NCBI GenBank assembly: GCA_963813815.1
Contig: CAWFAD010000010.1
Coordinates: forward strand, 32,001 to 96,000
Direction of reading: 5' to 3'
DNA length: 64,000 nt
From: an uncultured bacterium
GTDB lineage: Bacteria; Krumholzibacteriota; Krumholzibacteriia; Krumholzibacteriales; Krumholzibacteriaceae
Below, one piece after another: positions 48,914 to 63,705 of the stretch. The notes beneath the pieces are model-generated. The model worked only from the letters and a program-made list of their open reading frames with translations. It did not search any database and was not told the origin of the DNA. Position numbers and translations under genes: made by a program. The stretch's first letter is position 1, and the number at the start of each line of letters is the position of its first letter.

Positions 48914-51900
48914 ATGATCCATGGGTCGCGTTCCGTGAATCCGCGCCGCGCGGCCGCCCTGTCGGCCGCCGCTCTGGCGCTCGCCGCCGTCTGCGCCTTC
49001 GTTTCCGCCGCGGGCGGCCCCGCGCCCGAGCAACGTCCGCTCATGCGCTTCCCGGATATCGCCGGGAACACGATCGCGTTCGTGTACGGCGAGGATATCT
49101 GGTCGGTGAGCGCGGACGGCGGCGTCGCCGCGAGGCTCACGATGCACGACGGGCAGGAGCGGTATCCGCGCTTCAGCCCGGACGGCTCGATGATCGCCTT
49201 CACCGGCGAATACGACGGCAACGCGGACGTGTACGTGATGAACGCCCACGGCGGAGACATCACGCGCGTCACGTACCATCCGGATTACGACCGGGTCGTC
49301 GGGTGGCACCCCGTGAAGAACAAGATCGTGTTCATATCGGGACGAAAGCACTTCAGGTACACGAGGCTGTACCTCGTTTCCCCGGACGGGTCCGGCCTCG
49401 AGGAAATGATCCTGCACAACGTCGCGCACGCGAGCTTCTCCGGCGACGGGACGATGATCGCCTACAACAAGGTCGAACGCGAGTTCCGCACGTGGAAGCG
49501 CTACCGGGGCGGTCTCGCGCAGGAGGTCCACCTCTACGATCTCGCGACGAACGAGGAGCGCAACCTCACGAACTTCGACGGCACGGATCGTCTCCCCATG
49601 TGGATCGGGGATACGGTCTATTTCTCCTCGGACCGCGACGGCGTCCTCAACATCCATTCGGTCGATCCGCGATCGGGCACCATCGAGCAGATCACGCGCC
49701 ACGCCGACTACGACGTCCGCCGGCCGAGCGAGGGCGACGGCCGCATCGTGTACGAGCTCGGCGGCACGCTGTGGGTGCTCGACGTCGCGACGAAGCGAAC
49801 GCGGCAGGTCCCCGTCGAGATCAAAACCGACGCCCCCGAAGCGCGCCCGTCGCGCGTGGACGTCGCCGGGCTCATTCAGGGCGTCGAGATCTCCCCGGGC
49901 GGCAAACGAGCCCTCGTCGTCGCCCGCGGCGAGGTCTTCACCGTTCCGAAGGAGCACGGCCCCATACGCAACTTGACGCAGACGAGCGGCTCGCGCGACA
50001 AGGACGCCGTCTGGTCGCCCGACGGAACGTCGATCGCCTACCTCTCGGACCGCGGCGGCGAGTACGAGATATACGTCGTCGACGCCGAGGACGGCGGCAA
50101 TCCGCGGCGCATCACGACGAACAGGGACGGGTACCGGCATACGCTGCGCTGGTCGCCCGACGGCGCGAAGATCGCCTTCACGGATCAGACGCTCACTCTG
50201 TACTTCGTGGACGTCGAGACGAAAAAGGTCACGAAGGTGGACAAGGCGGAGTACGAGAACATGGACGTTTCGCTCGACGCCAAGGATATCTACGATTTCG
50301 CCTGGTCCCCCGACAGCCGCTATCTCGCCTACTCGAAGATGAACGCGGATCTCGTCACGCAGGTCTACGTCCATTCGCTCGACGGGAAGGAGACGCACTG
50401 CGTTTCGAACGGACTCTTCAACGATTTTCATCCCGTCTTTTCCCGCGACGGGAAGCGTCTGTTCTTCGTCTCGAACCGGCGGTTCGATCCCGTGTTCTGC
50501 GATTTCGAGTGGGAGATGGTCTACAAGAAATCCTCCGGGATCTACTGCCTCGCCCTCGGGAAGGACGTGGAGCCGCTGCTGCCGCCGCGGAGCGACGACG
50601 AGATCGCGGAGCGGCCGGCCGAGGAGAAGGACGAGGTCTCCGTTCGCATCGATTTCGACGGCATCGCTGACAGGATCGAGCACCTCCCGCTCCCCCCGGG
50701 CAACTACCGGTTCCTCGCCGCCGGGGAGAAGGCGCTCTTTTATCTGAACCGGCAGGACGGCGATTTCAACCGCTTCGAGTTTCGCCTGCCCGAGACGATG
50801 AGCCTCTACGCGTTCGATTTCGAGGAACGCTCCGAGAAGAAAGTCATCGACGAGATCAACTCCTACGCGCTCTCGGCCGACGGGTTGAGCATCGCGTATC
50901 GGCAGGGCCCCGCCGTCGGCATCATCTCCTCCGACGCGCGCGAGACCCCGGGGAGCCCGCTCGATCTCGCGGATCTCGCCATGTGGCTCGATCCGCGCGC
51001 CGAGTGGACGCAGATCTTCAACGAGGCCTGGCGCATGGAGCGCGATTTCTACTACGATCCGGGGATGCACGGGCTCGACTGGCCGGCGATGAGGGAGAAA
51101 TACGGCCGCCTCATGCCGTACGCCTCGTGCCGGCAGGACGTCGAGTTTCTCGTCGGGGAGCTCATCGGCGAGCTCAATACGTCGCACACCTACGTCTACG
51201 GCGGCGATAGACGGCGCGAGGCGGAGCCGATCGGCGTCGGGATGCTCGGCGCCGATTACGAGGTCGACTCAGCCGCGAACCGCTACCGCATCGCGAGGAT
51301 CCTCCGCGTTCCGGACTGGACCCGCGAGATCCTCCCGCCGCTCGTGCGGCCGGGGCTCAGGGTGGCGGAGGGGAACTACCTCCTCCAGGTGAACGGCCGC
51401 GACGTCACCGCCGACCGGGAGATCTACTACTGGTTCCAGGGCCTCGCGGGGAAGCAGGTGACGCTGCTGCTCGCCGACAAGCCGTCCGGGGCGGGCGCAT
51501 GGAAGGTCGTCGTCGAGCCGCTCGCGGGCGAGGGCACGCTCCGGTACCTCGATTGGTGCGAGCGCAACCGGGAGATCGTGGAGCGCGAGTCGAACGGCGC
51601 GATCGGCTACCTCCATCTCCCCGACACGTATACCGGCTCGGCGCGCGAGTTCCCCAAGTATTTCCTCAGCCAGACGCGCAAGCAGGGGATCATCGTCGAC
51701 GGCCGCTTCAACGGCGGCGGACTCGATCCCTTCATCTTTCTCGAGCGGCTGACGCGCCCGGTCACGGGATACTGGACCCGGCGCCATTCTCACGATCAGA
51801 CGAGCCCCTTTTTCGCCGTCAACGCGCACTTCGTCTGCCTCACGAACCGTGAGGCGGGGTCGGGCGGCGACGAGCTGCCGTTCGAGTTTCAGCTTCTGAG

Positions 51901-52204
51901 GCTCGGTCCGGTCATCGGCACGCGCAGCTGGGGAGGGCTCGTGGGCGTGTCGATGTTCATCGGTCTCGTCGACGGCGGCGGACTGACGGCGCCCGATTAC
52001 CGGATCTACGATCCGAACGGCGCATGGGTGGTGGAGAACGTCGGCGTCGTTCCCGAAATCGAGATCGATCTCGATTCGTCCGAAGTGGCGCGCGGCTACG
52101 ACGCCCAGCTCATGAAGGGGATCGAGGTTCTCAAACGAAAGATAGCGGAGGATCCGCGCCCGTGGCCGAAGCACGAGGCGGTTCCCGTCGACAACAACGG
52201 GTAG
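48914..52204 (+). CDS. Tricorn protease homologue (S41), secreted
   Basis: Signal peptide; PD40 beta-propeller repeats (FSPDG/WSPDG); GELNTSHTY; PDZ domain; DGRFNGGG, AGSGGD and GTRSWGG motifs. Confidence 0.93.
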   Translation: MIHGSRSVNPRRAAALSAAALALAAVCAFVSAAGGPAPEQRPLMRFPDIAGNTIAFVYGEDIWSVSADGGVAARLTMHDGQERYPRFSPDGSMIAFTGEYDGNADVYVMNAHGGDITRVTYHPDYDRVVGWHPVKNKIVFISGRKHFRYTRLYLVSPDGSGLEEMILHNVAHASFSGDGTMIAYNKVEREFRTWKRYRGGLAQEVHLYDLATNEERNLTNFDGTDRLPMWIGDTVYFSSDRDGVLNIHSVDPRSGTIEQITRHADYDVRRPSEGDGRIVYELGGTLWVLDVATKRTRQVPVEIKTDAPEARPSRVDVAGLIQGVEISPGGKRALVVARGEVFTVPKEHGPIRNLTQTSGSRDKDAVWSPDGTSIAYLSDRGGEYEIYVVDAEDGGNPRRITTNRDGYRHTLRWSPDGAKIAFTDQTLTLYFVDVETKKVTKVDKAEYENMDVSLDAKDIYDFAWSPDSRYLAYSKMNADLVTQVYVHSLDGKETHCVSNGLFNDFHPVFSRDGKRLFFVSNRRFDPVFCDFEWEMVYKKSSGIYCLALGKDVEPLLPPRSDDEIAERPAEEKDEVSVRIDFDGIADRIEHLPLPPGNYRFLAAGEKALFYLNRQDGDFNRFEFRLPETMSLYAFDFEERSEKKVIDEINSYALSADGLSIAYRQGPAVGIISSDARETPGSPLDLADLAMWLDPRAEWTQIFNEAWRMERDFYYDPGMHGLDWPAMREKYGRLMPYASCRQDVEFLVGELIGELNTSHTYVYGGDRRREAEPIGVGMLGADYEVDSAANRYRIARILRVPDWTREILPPLVRPGLRVAEGNYLLQVNGRDVTADREIYYWFQGLAGKQVTLLLADKPSGAGAWKVVVEPLAGEGTLRYLDWCERNREIVERESNGAIGYLHLPDTYTGSAREFPKYFLSQTRKQGIIVDGRFNGGGLDPFIFLERLTRPVTGYWTRRHSHDQTSPFFAVNAHFVCLTNREAGSGGDELPFEFQLLRLGPVIGTRSWGGLVGVSMFIGLVDGGGLTAPDYRIYDPNGAWVVENVGVVPEIEIDLDSSEVARGYDAQLMKGIEVLKRKIAEDPRPWPKHEAVPVDNNG

Positions 52205-52255
52205 GGCGGCCCGCCCCGCCGGGAAGCGCCGCCCGGCCTTGGCGCGCGGCGGCGG

Positions 52256-53279
52256 TCATCGGGAGGGGGCGTCGGAGCGCCTGCCGGGCTCGCGCCGGAG
52301 CCGCCGCGTCTCCTCCGTGTACCGCCTCTGCATCTCGAGCAGCTCCGGATCGCCCTCGTTCGCGAGGGCGGCCGGGCATCGGTTCTCCGCGGCCACCGCG
52401 AGCGAGTCGCCCTCGAAGACGACCGATACCTCGGTGAAGAAGCGCTCCTTGTCTCCCGTCTCCACCACGGTCGCGCCGCCGGCCCGCTCGACGCGCATCG
52501 TCCGGGACGGGGCGTGGCCGCTCAGGACCAGGTCGATCCCCGGAACCTCGCGAGCCAGCTCCACGCTCCCTTCCCATCCGAGATGCGAGACGGCGACGAC
52601 GACGTGGCACCCGCGCGCGCGGAGTCTCGCCGCCGCTTCGAGGGCGGCCTCGCGCGGGTCGGCCACGGCGTAGCGTTTTCTCGCGGCCGCGCCCCTCTCG
52701 TAGACGTACGCCGGAAGGACGACGGCGAAGAGGCCCACGCGGAGCTTTCCGGGCTTGCCGCTCGCCGTCGCGACTCCGGGAAAATCCTTCACGATGTCGC
52801 TCGCGAGTGCACTCCTGCCCGTGCGGCGTTCGACGACGTTCGTGAGGAGCAGCGGCGGCCGGCGGCCGCCCGAGCGGGAGAGAAGCTCGTCGAGGCCGAC
52901 GCGCAGCTCGTTCTCGCCGACGGCGACGGCGTCGTATCCGAGCAGCCGCATCGATCCGAAGAGATGGCGGTCGTTCACCTCGGGGAAGCGGACGGGGGCC
53001 TTGAAATAGAAATCGCCGCCGTCGACGAGGATCGTCGGCCTGCGGCGCCGCCCTTCTTCGACGAGGGAGGCCCACCGGGCCATCCCGCAGTGCTGGGTGC
53101 CTTTTCAGCCGCAGGGTTCGCGATAGCCGGAAAGTCCGCTCGTGAAGAAAATGCCGAGACTCGTGCCGGGGGCGCAACGCTCCGGAAGGGGTTCCTCGCG
53201 GGCCATCCGCACGCGGAACGGCGGGTAGAGGACGAGCAGAGCGAGGAGAACGAGAGCGGCGGTCCGGAGCGTGACGCTC

Positions 53280-53302
<23 letters not shown>
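52256..53302 (-). CDS. UshA/5'-nucleotidase-like metallophosphoesterase, candidate selenoprotein with a C-G-U motif (348 aa with readthrough)
   Basis: ORFs 53105..53302 and 52256..53083 are in the same frame, separated only by TGA 53105-53107: GYREPCG-[TGA][12 protein letters not shown]. Downstream DGGD, VGENEL, SHLG and SGH motifs; N-terminal membrane anchor. Confidence 0.85.
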
Positions 53303-57924
<4,622 letters not shown>

Positions 57925-58020
57925 ACGGCGCAACCGTTAATGAATTTGACCGAGTTAAAATACTTTACAGCATCGGGCGCATCAAAAGCAAGTGAAAAAT
58001 GAGGAGGCCGGGATCGATCT

Positions 58021-58365
58021 TCAGGGAATGTAGAGGAGTCGTCCGCAGTTTTCGCAGGTTTGAAGCTCGTTGCGGCTCACCGCGGAGAAGAAGGACGTGG
58101 GGAGCTTCACGTAGCAGCCGAGACAGCGGCTTCCCGTGACCGGCAGGATGGCCATCAGGAAGTGCTTGGTGAGCTTTTCGTACCGGTTGAGCAGCGCCTT
58201 CGGGACCTTGCCGGCGAGCTTCGTTCGCTCGCTCTGGAGCAACGATACCCCCGTGAGCTTGAACCCGAGGCCCTCGAGCTCCTTCGAGGTGTTCTTGTCC
58301 TTGACCTCCTTGATCATGATATCGAGGTCTTGAAGAGCGATGAGCATCCGGTGCTCGTCTTTCAA
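58021..58365 (-). CDS. Short C4-type zinc-ribbon protein (DUF164/FlgZ/CdsZ-like, lacking most of the coiled coil)
   Basis: LIALQDLD..LLNRYEKL..CLGCYVKLP..CENCGRLLY. TTG start overlaps the upstream stop (TTGA). Confidence 0.8.
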   Translation of the reverse strand: MKDEHRMLIALQDLDIMIKEVKDKNTSKELEGLGFKLTGVSLLQSERTKLAGKVPKALLNRYEKLTKHFLMAILPVTGSRCLGCYVKLPTSFFSAVSRNELQTCENCGRLLYIP

Positions 58366-58829
58366 TCGTCCTTCCCTTCGAAGATGCTCCCGAGCGCGGC
58401 GAAATCGGTCACCTCGCAGAGAGCCTTGAGCTTCGCCGGCTTCTGTATGAGCCCGATGAGCTCGCTCAGGATGGCGAGATAGGTCTCGGAGCCCTTGTCG
58501 GACGGGGCGAGAATGAGGAAAAAAACCTGCGTCGGCTTTCCGTCGAGCGAGTCGAAATCGACGCCGGAGGCCGAGCGGGCGAACAGCACCGTGAGGTTCT
58601 TGATCGCGAGAGAGCGGCCATGGGGGAAGGCGACGCCGTTGCCGAGCCCCGTGCTGCCGAGGTTTTCGCGATTCTTCAGCATGTCCAGGATGAACCGCTC
58701 GTCGGATATCCGCTTCTGGATGGCGAGGTGATGGACGATCTCCGTGAGCACGCTTATTTTCTTGCGTGACCGGAGATGAAAAATGCAAAGATCTTCTTCG
58801 AAGAACGAAATCAGCTTAGAAGCTTCCAT
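58362..58829 (-). CDS. PTS EIIA domain protein (PtsN/fructose-type)
   Basis: RENLGSTGLGNGVAFPHGR with phospho-His; GVDFDSLDGKP. Confidence 0.9.
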   Translation of the reverse strand: MEASKLISFFEEDLCIFHLRSRKKISVLTEIVHHLAIQKRISDERFILDMLKNRENLGSTGLGNGVAFPHGRSLAIKNLTVLFARSASGVDFDSLDGKPTQVFFLILAPSDKGSETYLAILSELIGLIQKPAKLKALCEVTDFAALGSIFEGKDD

Positions 58830-58956
58830 ACGGAGCGCATCATATCATTCGCCTCGAAGGCTTGTATAGCAATTTTGTCGTTCAGCGGAAAAATATTTTT
58901 TGCTATCTTCCGACGGATGTGGGTACCGGCGATGGAAGCCGTGGAGCGTGGTTGAA

Positions 58957-59894
58957 ATGGCCGCCGAAGAAATTCTCGAGGGTCTCGTCGTTCGCGTTCG
59001 CGGGACCGAATACGTCGTCGAAAGCGGGGGCGGGGAGGTGCGCTGCGCGCTGCGGGGGCGGCTACGCCTCTCCGGCGCGCCGGGGGAGGGGCTCCCTGTC
59101 GTCGGCGACAGAATCCGTTTCTTGATCGAGCCGGGGGGCACCGAGGGTGTCCGGCGCGGGTTCGTTTCGGAGGTGCTGCCGCGCCGCTCCTTCCTCGCCC
59201 GCGTCGATCCTTCGCAGCGGTCCGGCCACCGGCTCATGTGCGCGAACATGGACCGCGCCGTTCTCGTGTTCGCCGCGCGGGAGCCTTCTTCAACGCGCGG
59301 ATGCTCGACCGCATGCTCGTCGCGGCGGAGTGCGGATCCATAGAGCCCGTCATCTGCCTCAACAAGATCGACCTCGCCGATGACCGTGCCGAGATCGATC
59401 GGGAGCTCATGCCGTATCGCGAGATGGGATACGGGGTGGTCCTCGCGAGCGCCGTGACGGGAGAGGGAACGATTGAGCTCGCCCGTCTCCTCGCCGGCGG
59501 CCTCTCCATTCTCGCCGGGCCGTCGGGGGCCGGCAAATCCTCCCTCATCTCGCGCGTGCAGCCGGGGCTCGAGCTCTCGGTCGGCGAGGTGAGCGCGCGG
59601 ACGGGCAAAGGGAAGCACACGACGACGCATTTCGAGCTTCACCGCATGGCCGCCGGAGGGTATCTCGGCGACACCCCGGGCGTCCGCGAGTTCGGGATCT
59701 GGGGGGTGCCGAAGGCGGCTCTTTCATCGTATTTCAGGGATTTCGCCGGGCTGCGCGGCCGGTGCCGGTTCGCGACGTGCACGCACAGCCACGAGCCGGA
59801 CTGCGCCGTCAAGGAAGCGGTCGCCGCGGGCGACCTGGCGCCCGCGCGGTACGAGAGCTATCTTCGTATATACGAAACACTTCCGGACCGGTAG
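58957..59894 (+). CDS. rsgA: Small-subunit-dependent GTPase RsgA (single-base frameshift near 59244)
   Basis: OB fold (CALRGRLR..VVGDRI), NKID, GPSGAGKSS, GKHTTT, DTPG and C-x4-C-x-H-x5-C motifs, split across ORFs 58900..59343 and 59238..59894. Confidence 0.93.
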
Positions 59895-60065
59895 GGGGGC
59901 GGTGGGCGAAGAGCGCCGGCGAATAAAAAATTGGCGGCCCGGGGAGGGCCGCCATGCGCAAGAAGGGATTATGGGATGGGGGCAAAACCAACATGTTCTG
60001 CCGGTTAATACGCGAAAGGCGCCGGTGAAGTTCCAAAATATTCTGATTTTTTTCCGCAAGCCGAT

Positions 60066-61169
60066 ATGAGCAAGAAAATTGAAAAATCGCTCAAACTCGC
60101 CCTCGCCCGGCTCGTTTCCGCTTTCCTCGACCGAAGGCGGGTCACCCCCGCCGAGCTCGACGGCATGAATCCGTCGCGGATTCTCGTCATTCGCCAGCAT
60201 AACCAGATGGGGGACATGTTGCTCGCGGTTCCCGCCTTTCGCGGCCTTCGCAACCGCTTCCCCGGGGCGCGGATCTCGCTCGTCGCCGCTCCCATCAACG
60301 CGGCTGCGGCCGCCCGCTGCCCCTACGTCGACGAGGTGCTGACCTACGCGAAGCGGAAAAACCGGGTGAATCCGCTCGCGCTCGCCGCCTTCGTCGCGCG
60401 CCTGCGCGCCGGGCGCTTCGACGCCGTCATCGTGCTCAACACCGTGTCGTTCTCGATCACGAGCATGCTCCTCGCCGCGGCGAGCGGCGCCCGCGTCCGC
60501 ATCGGTTCGACGAGCGGGCCTTTCGGACACGACCTCTCGGCGAGGTTCTACCACCTCGAGCTGCCGCTCCCCGCCCCCGGGGAGCTCGCCCGGATGCACG
60601 AGAGCCGCCACAATCTCTATCCTCTCGAGTCGATCGGCGTGAAGGAGGACGATCTCCGGTCGCTCATCGTGCCGACGAGCGAGGAGGAGCTCGCCGCGGA
60701 GAGCTTTCTCGACGCGTCCGTCGGGAAGTCGCCCTTCATCATCGTCCATCCGGGAGCGGGAAAGAAACAGAACATCTGGCCGCCGGAGCGTTTCGCCTCT
60801 GTCGCATCGCAGCTCCAGCGGCGATACGGGGTGGGAGTGATCGCCGTTCGCGGACCCGTCGACGGGCCGGCGAGCGACGAGTTCATCCGCGCCTCGGCGT
60901 CGCGCCCCACGGTCGTTTCGTCTCCCGGCATCGGATTCCTCGCGAGCCTCATGAAGCGCGCTTCCTGCACTCTCTGCAACGACACCGGAATCATGCACGT
61001 CGCCGGCGCGGCCGGCGCGAGATGCGTGGCCGTGTTCGGGCCGACCGATCCGCTGCGCTGGAAGCCCGTCAACGAGACGGTCGCGGCCGTGCGCGCGGAG
61101 GACGGGAGAGTCGAGTCGGTGACCGTGGAGTCCGTACTCGATGCGGCCGTGCGCTTACTGGCCCTGTGA
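60066..61169 (+). CDS. Glycosyltransferase family 9 (heptosyltransferase-like)
   Basis: MGDMLL, HPGAG..WP and NDTGIMHVAGA..VFGPTDP motifs. Confidence 0.9.
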   Translation: MSKKIEKSLKLALARLVSAFLDRRRVTPAELDGMNPSRILVIRQHNQMGDMLLAVPAFRGLRNRFPGARISLVAAPINAAAAARCPYVDEVLTYAKRKNRVNPLALAAFVARLRAGRFDAVIVLNTVSFSITSMLLAAASGARVRIGSTSGPFGHDLSARFYHLELPLPAPGELARMHESRHNLYPLESIGVKEDDLRSLIVPTSEEELAAESFLDASVGKSPFIIVHPGAGKKQNIWPPERFASVASQLQRRYGVGVIAVRGPVDGPASDEFIRASASRPTVVSSPGIGFLASLMKRASCTLCNDTGIMHVAGAAGARCVAVFGPTDPLRWKPVNETVAAVRAEDGRVESVTVESVLDAAVRLLAL

Positions 61170-62978
61170 TTCGGGAACGAGACGGATGGAGAGGCTGAGC
61201 GGTTCGTCGGGGGGCACGTACACTTCGGTCGACCATGGACGGTACCCCGCTTTTTTGATCTGCACGCGATGCGCGCCCGGCGAGAGCGAGACGGGTTGGG
61301 AGAGCGGCAGGGTTCCCCGGTACGCGCCGTCGACGTAGAGCTGGGCGCCGCGCTCGGAATCGACGTGGAGCGATCCGGTTATCTCCTGCAGAGCGATCCG
61401 GCGGCGAGAGAGCTCGCCGCTCGTGATCCAGACCGTTTCCCGGTACTCGCGATACCCTTCCCGCCTGCAGACGATCTCGTGCGATCCCGCCTCGAGCTCG
61501 AGCATGGCGAGCCTTCCGCTCGCGGTCCGGGGCTCGCCGTCGACGACGATGGATGCCGGGGGCTCGACGGCGACGTCGAGAAAGCCCATTTCGACCGCCC
61601 GCGCGCTTCGAGCGGGCGGGGCGGCCGGCGTCCGCGTGGGCGCCGCGGGGGCGGCGGGGGCGATCGTGTCCGGCGCGGGCGCGGGGTTCGGATCCGTCTC
61701 GGCCGGCGGGGCGGCCGGCGGCGGAACCGGCGCGTTCGGCGAGGTCTTCTCGACGGCGGCGGTATCGGCCGGCGGAGTGACGGGAACGCCTGCGGGGGAA
61801 GCGGACGAATCGGGCGGCTGCCGAAGGGTCTCGGCCTCCGCCGGGAGAGCGCCGGCCGGCCGGACCGGCTCCTCGATCGGCGTCACGATGACGCCGGCGA
61901 GCGGCTCCTCCATTCCCGCGAGCATCGTCGTTCCCTGCGGCGAGACGGGCTCGGCGAACCCGGCGCGAATCGATCGCGAAAAGCCGTCGACGCCGCCGCT
62001 TCGCAGGATGGCAAAGACGAGCAGGGCGGCCGCCGCCGCGGCGGCCGCGAGCGCGGCGGCGGAGCGCCTCGGCGGTTTGCGCTTCGCGCTCGCGCTGCGG
62101 CGGGGGGAGCTCTCCCTGCGTTCGGCGAGAAGCCGCAGCCGGTCGCGGGCCGACGAGAGCGCGTCCGGAGAGAGCGCGGACTCGACGGCGTTCGCCATCT
62201 CGGCCGCGTCGCGGAACCGCTTCGACGGATCGCGCGCGAGCGCCTTCATGACGATCGCCTCCGTCTCGGGGCGTACGGAGGCCGCGCGGCGCCTCGGTTC
62301 CATCGGGGCGCCGTTCACGATGCTGTGTATCACGGCCGCGTAGGTGTCCCCCCGGAACGGCCGCGTTCCGGTGAGGGCTTCGTAGCAGATCGTGCCGAGG
62401 GAAAAGAGATCGCTCCGCCCGTCGATCGTCTCGCCGACCGCCTGCTCGGGAGACATGTAGAGGGGCGTGCCGAGCAGCGTGGAGGCGACCGTTTCCTGTC
62501 TGTCGGGGAGCTGGAGCTTGGCGAGGCCGAAATCCGTTATCACGACTCTTCCGTCGCGTCCGATCATGATGTTCGCCGGTTTGATGTCGCGGTGAACGAT
62601 GCCGCGCCGGTGCGCATGATCGAGCCCGAGACAGATCTCGCGCGCCACGAGGAGGGTGAGATCGTCACCGAGCACGCGTTCCCCGGCGAGCACCTCCTTG
62701 AGGCTCGGCCCGTCGATGTATTCCATGACGATGTAATGGTCGTCGCCCGAGGCGCCGAAATCGATGATGCGCACGATGTTTCCGTGGTCGAGCCGCGCCG
62801 CGGCCTTGGCCTCGAGCTGGAAGCGTCTCGTAAAATCGGGGTCGGAGATGAGGTGCGCGTGCAGGCGTTTGATGACCACGGGACGGTCGAGCGAGGTCTG
62901 AATGGCCTTGTAGAGAACGGCCGTGCCGCCCGTGGCGATGGTTTCGAGAATCCGGTACGTTCCTTCGATGTCTTTCAT
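61155..62978 (-). CDS. Membrane Ser/Thr protein kinase with C-terminal PEGA domains
   Basis: VIK, HRDIKPAN, DFG, YMSPEQ and SDLFSLG motifs; TM helix; Pro/Ala linker; PEGA repeats. Confidence 0.95.
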   Translation of the reverse strand: MKDIEGTYRILETIATGGTAVLYKAIQTSLDRPVVIKRLHAHLISDPDFTRRFQLEAKAAARLDHGNIVRIIDFGASGDDHYIVMEYIDGPSLKEVLAGERVLGDDLTLLVAREICLGLDHAHRRGIVHRDIKPANIMIGRDGRVVITDFGLAKLQLPDRQETVASTLLGTPLYMSPEQAVGETIDGRSDLFSLGTICYEALTGTRPFRGDTYAAVIHSIVNGAPMEPRRRAASVRPETEAIVMKALARDPSKRFRDAAEMANAVESALSPDALSSARDRLRLLAERRESSPRRSASAKRKPPRRSAAALAAAAAAAALLVFAILRSGGVDGFSRSIRAGFAEPVSPQGTTMLAGMEEPLAGVIVTPIEEPVRPAGALPAEAETLRQPPDSSASPAGVPVTPPADTAAVEKTSPNAPVPPPAAPPAETDPNPAPAPDTIAPAAPAAPTRTPAAPPARSARAVEMGFLDVAVEPPASIVVDGEPRTASGRLAMLELEAGSHEIVCRREGYREYRETVWITSGELSRRRIALQEITGSLHVDSERGAQLYVDGAYRGTLPLSQPVSLSPGAHRVQIKKAGYRPWSTEVYVPPDEPLSLSIRLVPESQGQ

Positions 62979-63703
62979 CTAGCCGTCGCGAGCCGCACGG
63001 CGAGCGATTCCGGCAGACCCGCACTCCGAATCTTTTCCTGCGCTCCCCGGACGTCGTAGGGGATGCGCCGGATGTTGATGGTTCCTCTCTGCGCGTCGAG
63101 CAAGACGAAGCTCGCCGCGGCGACGCCGTCCCGCGGCTGTCCGACGCTTCCCACGTTCACGATGTAGCGCGCGCCGGGAGCGGCGGCGACGAGCGTGCCG
63201 CGCAGCACCCGCGAGCCCCGCGTGCCGTCGTGCTCGATGATGGCCGGTACGTGGGTATGGCCGATGAAGATGAATCGCTCGGAGGTCTTCGAGAGAATCC
63301 GGTTCGCCTGGTTGAGGGTGGATATGTATTCCCAGTCCATCGGCGCCGCGGGCGAGGCGTGCGCGAAGACGCAATCGCCGTGGCGGCGGACCGTGTCGTA
63401 CTCGGCGAGCAGCTCGCGGCTCGGCGAGCTGATCGTCCGGCACGTCCAGCGGATCGCCCGCTCGGCCGTCTCGTTGAACGAGTCGGTGTCGATGAGACCG
63501 GCCGCCGCGACGTCGTGGTTGCCCGCGATGCGCAGGGCGGCGCGCTCCTCGACGAGGGCGACGCACTCGTTCGGGTTGGCTCCGTAACCCACGACGTCGC
63601 CGAGCGAGACGACGAGATCGGGGCGCAGGCGATCGGCCTCCTCGAGCACCCGCTCGAGAGCCTCCGCGTTTCCGTGCACATCGGAAAAAACGAAGTACTT
63701 CAT
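62975..63703 (-). CDS. Calcineurin-like metallophosphoesterase
   Basis: SDVHGN, LGDVVGYG, GNHD, HASP, GHTH and NVGSVGQPRDG motifs. Confidence 0.93.
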   Translation of the reverse strand: MKYFVFSDVHGNAEALERVLEEADRLRPDLVVSLGDVVGYGANPNECVALVEERAALRIAGNHDVAAAGLIDTDSFNETAERAIRWTCRTISSPSRELLAEYDTVRRHGDCVFAHASPAAPMDWEYISTLNQANRILSKTSERFIFIGHTHVPAIIEHDGTRGSRVLRGTLVAAAPGARYIVNVGSVGQPRDGVAAASFVLLDAQRGTINIRRIPYDVRGAQEKIRSAGLPESLAVRLATAR

Positions 63704-63705
63704 GG

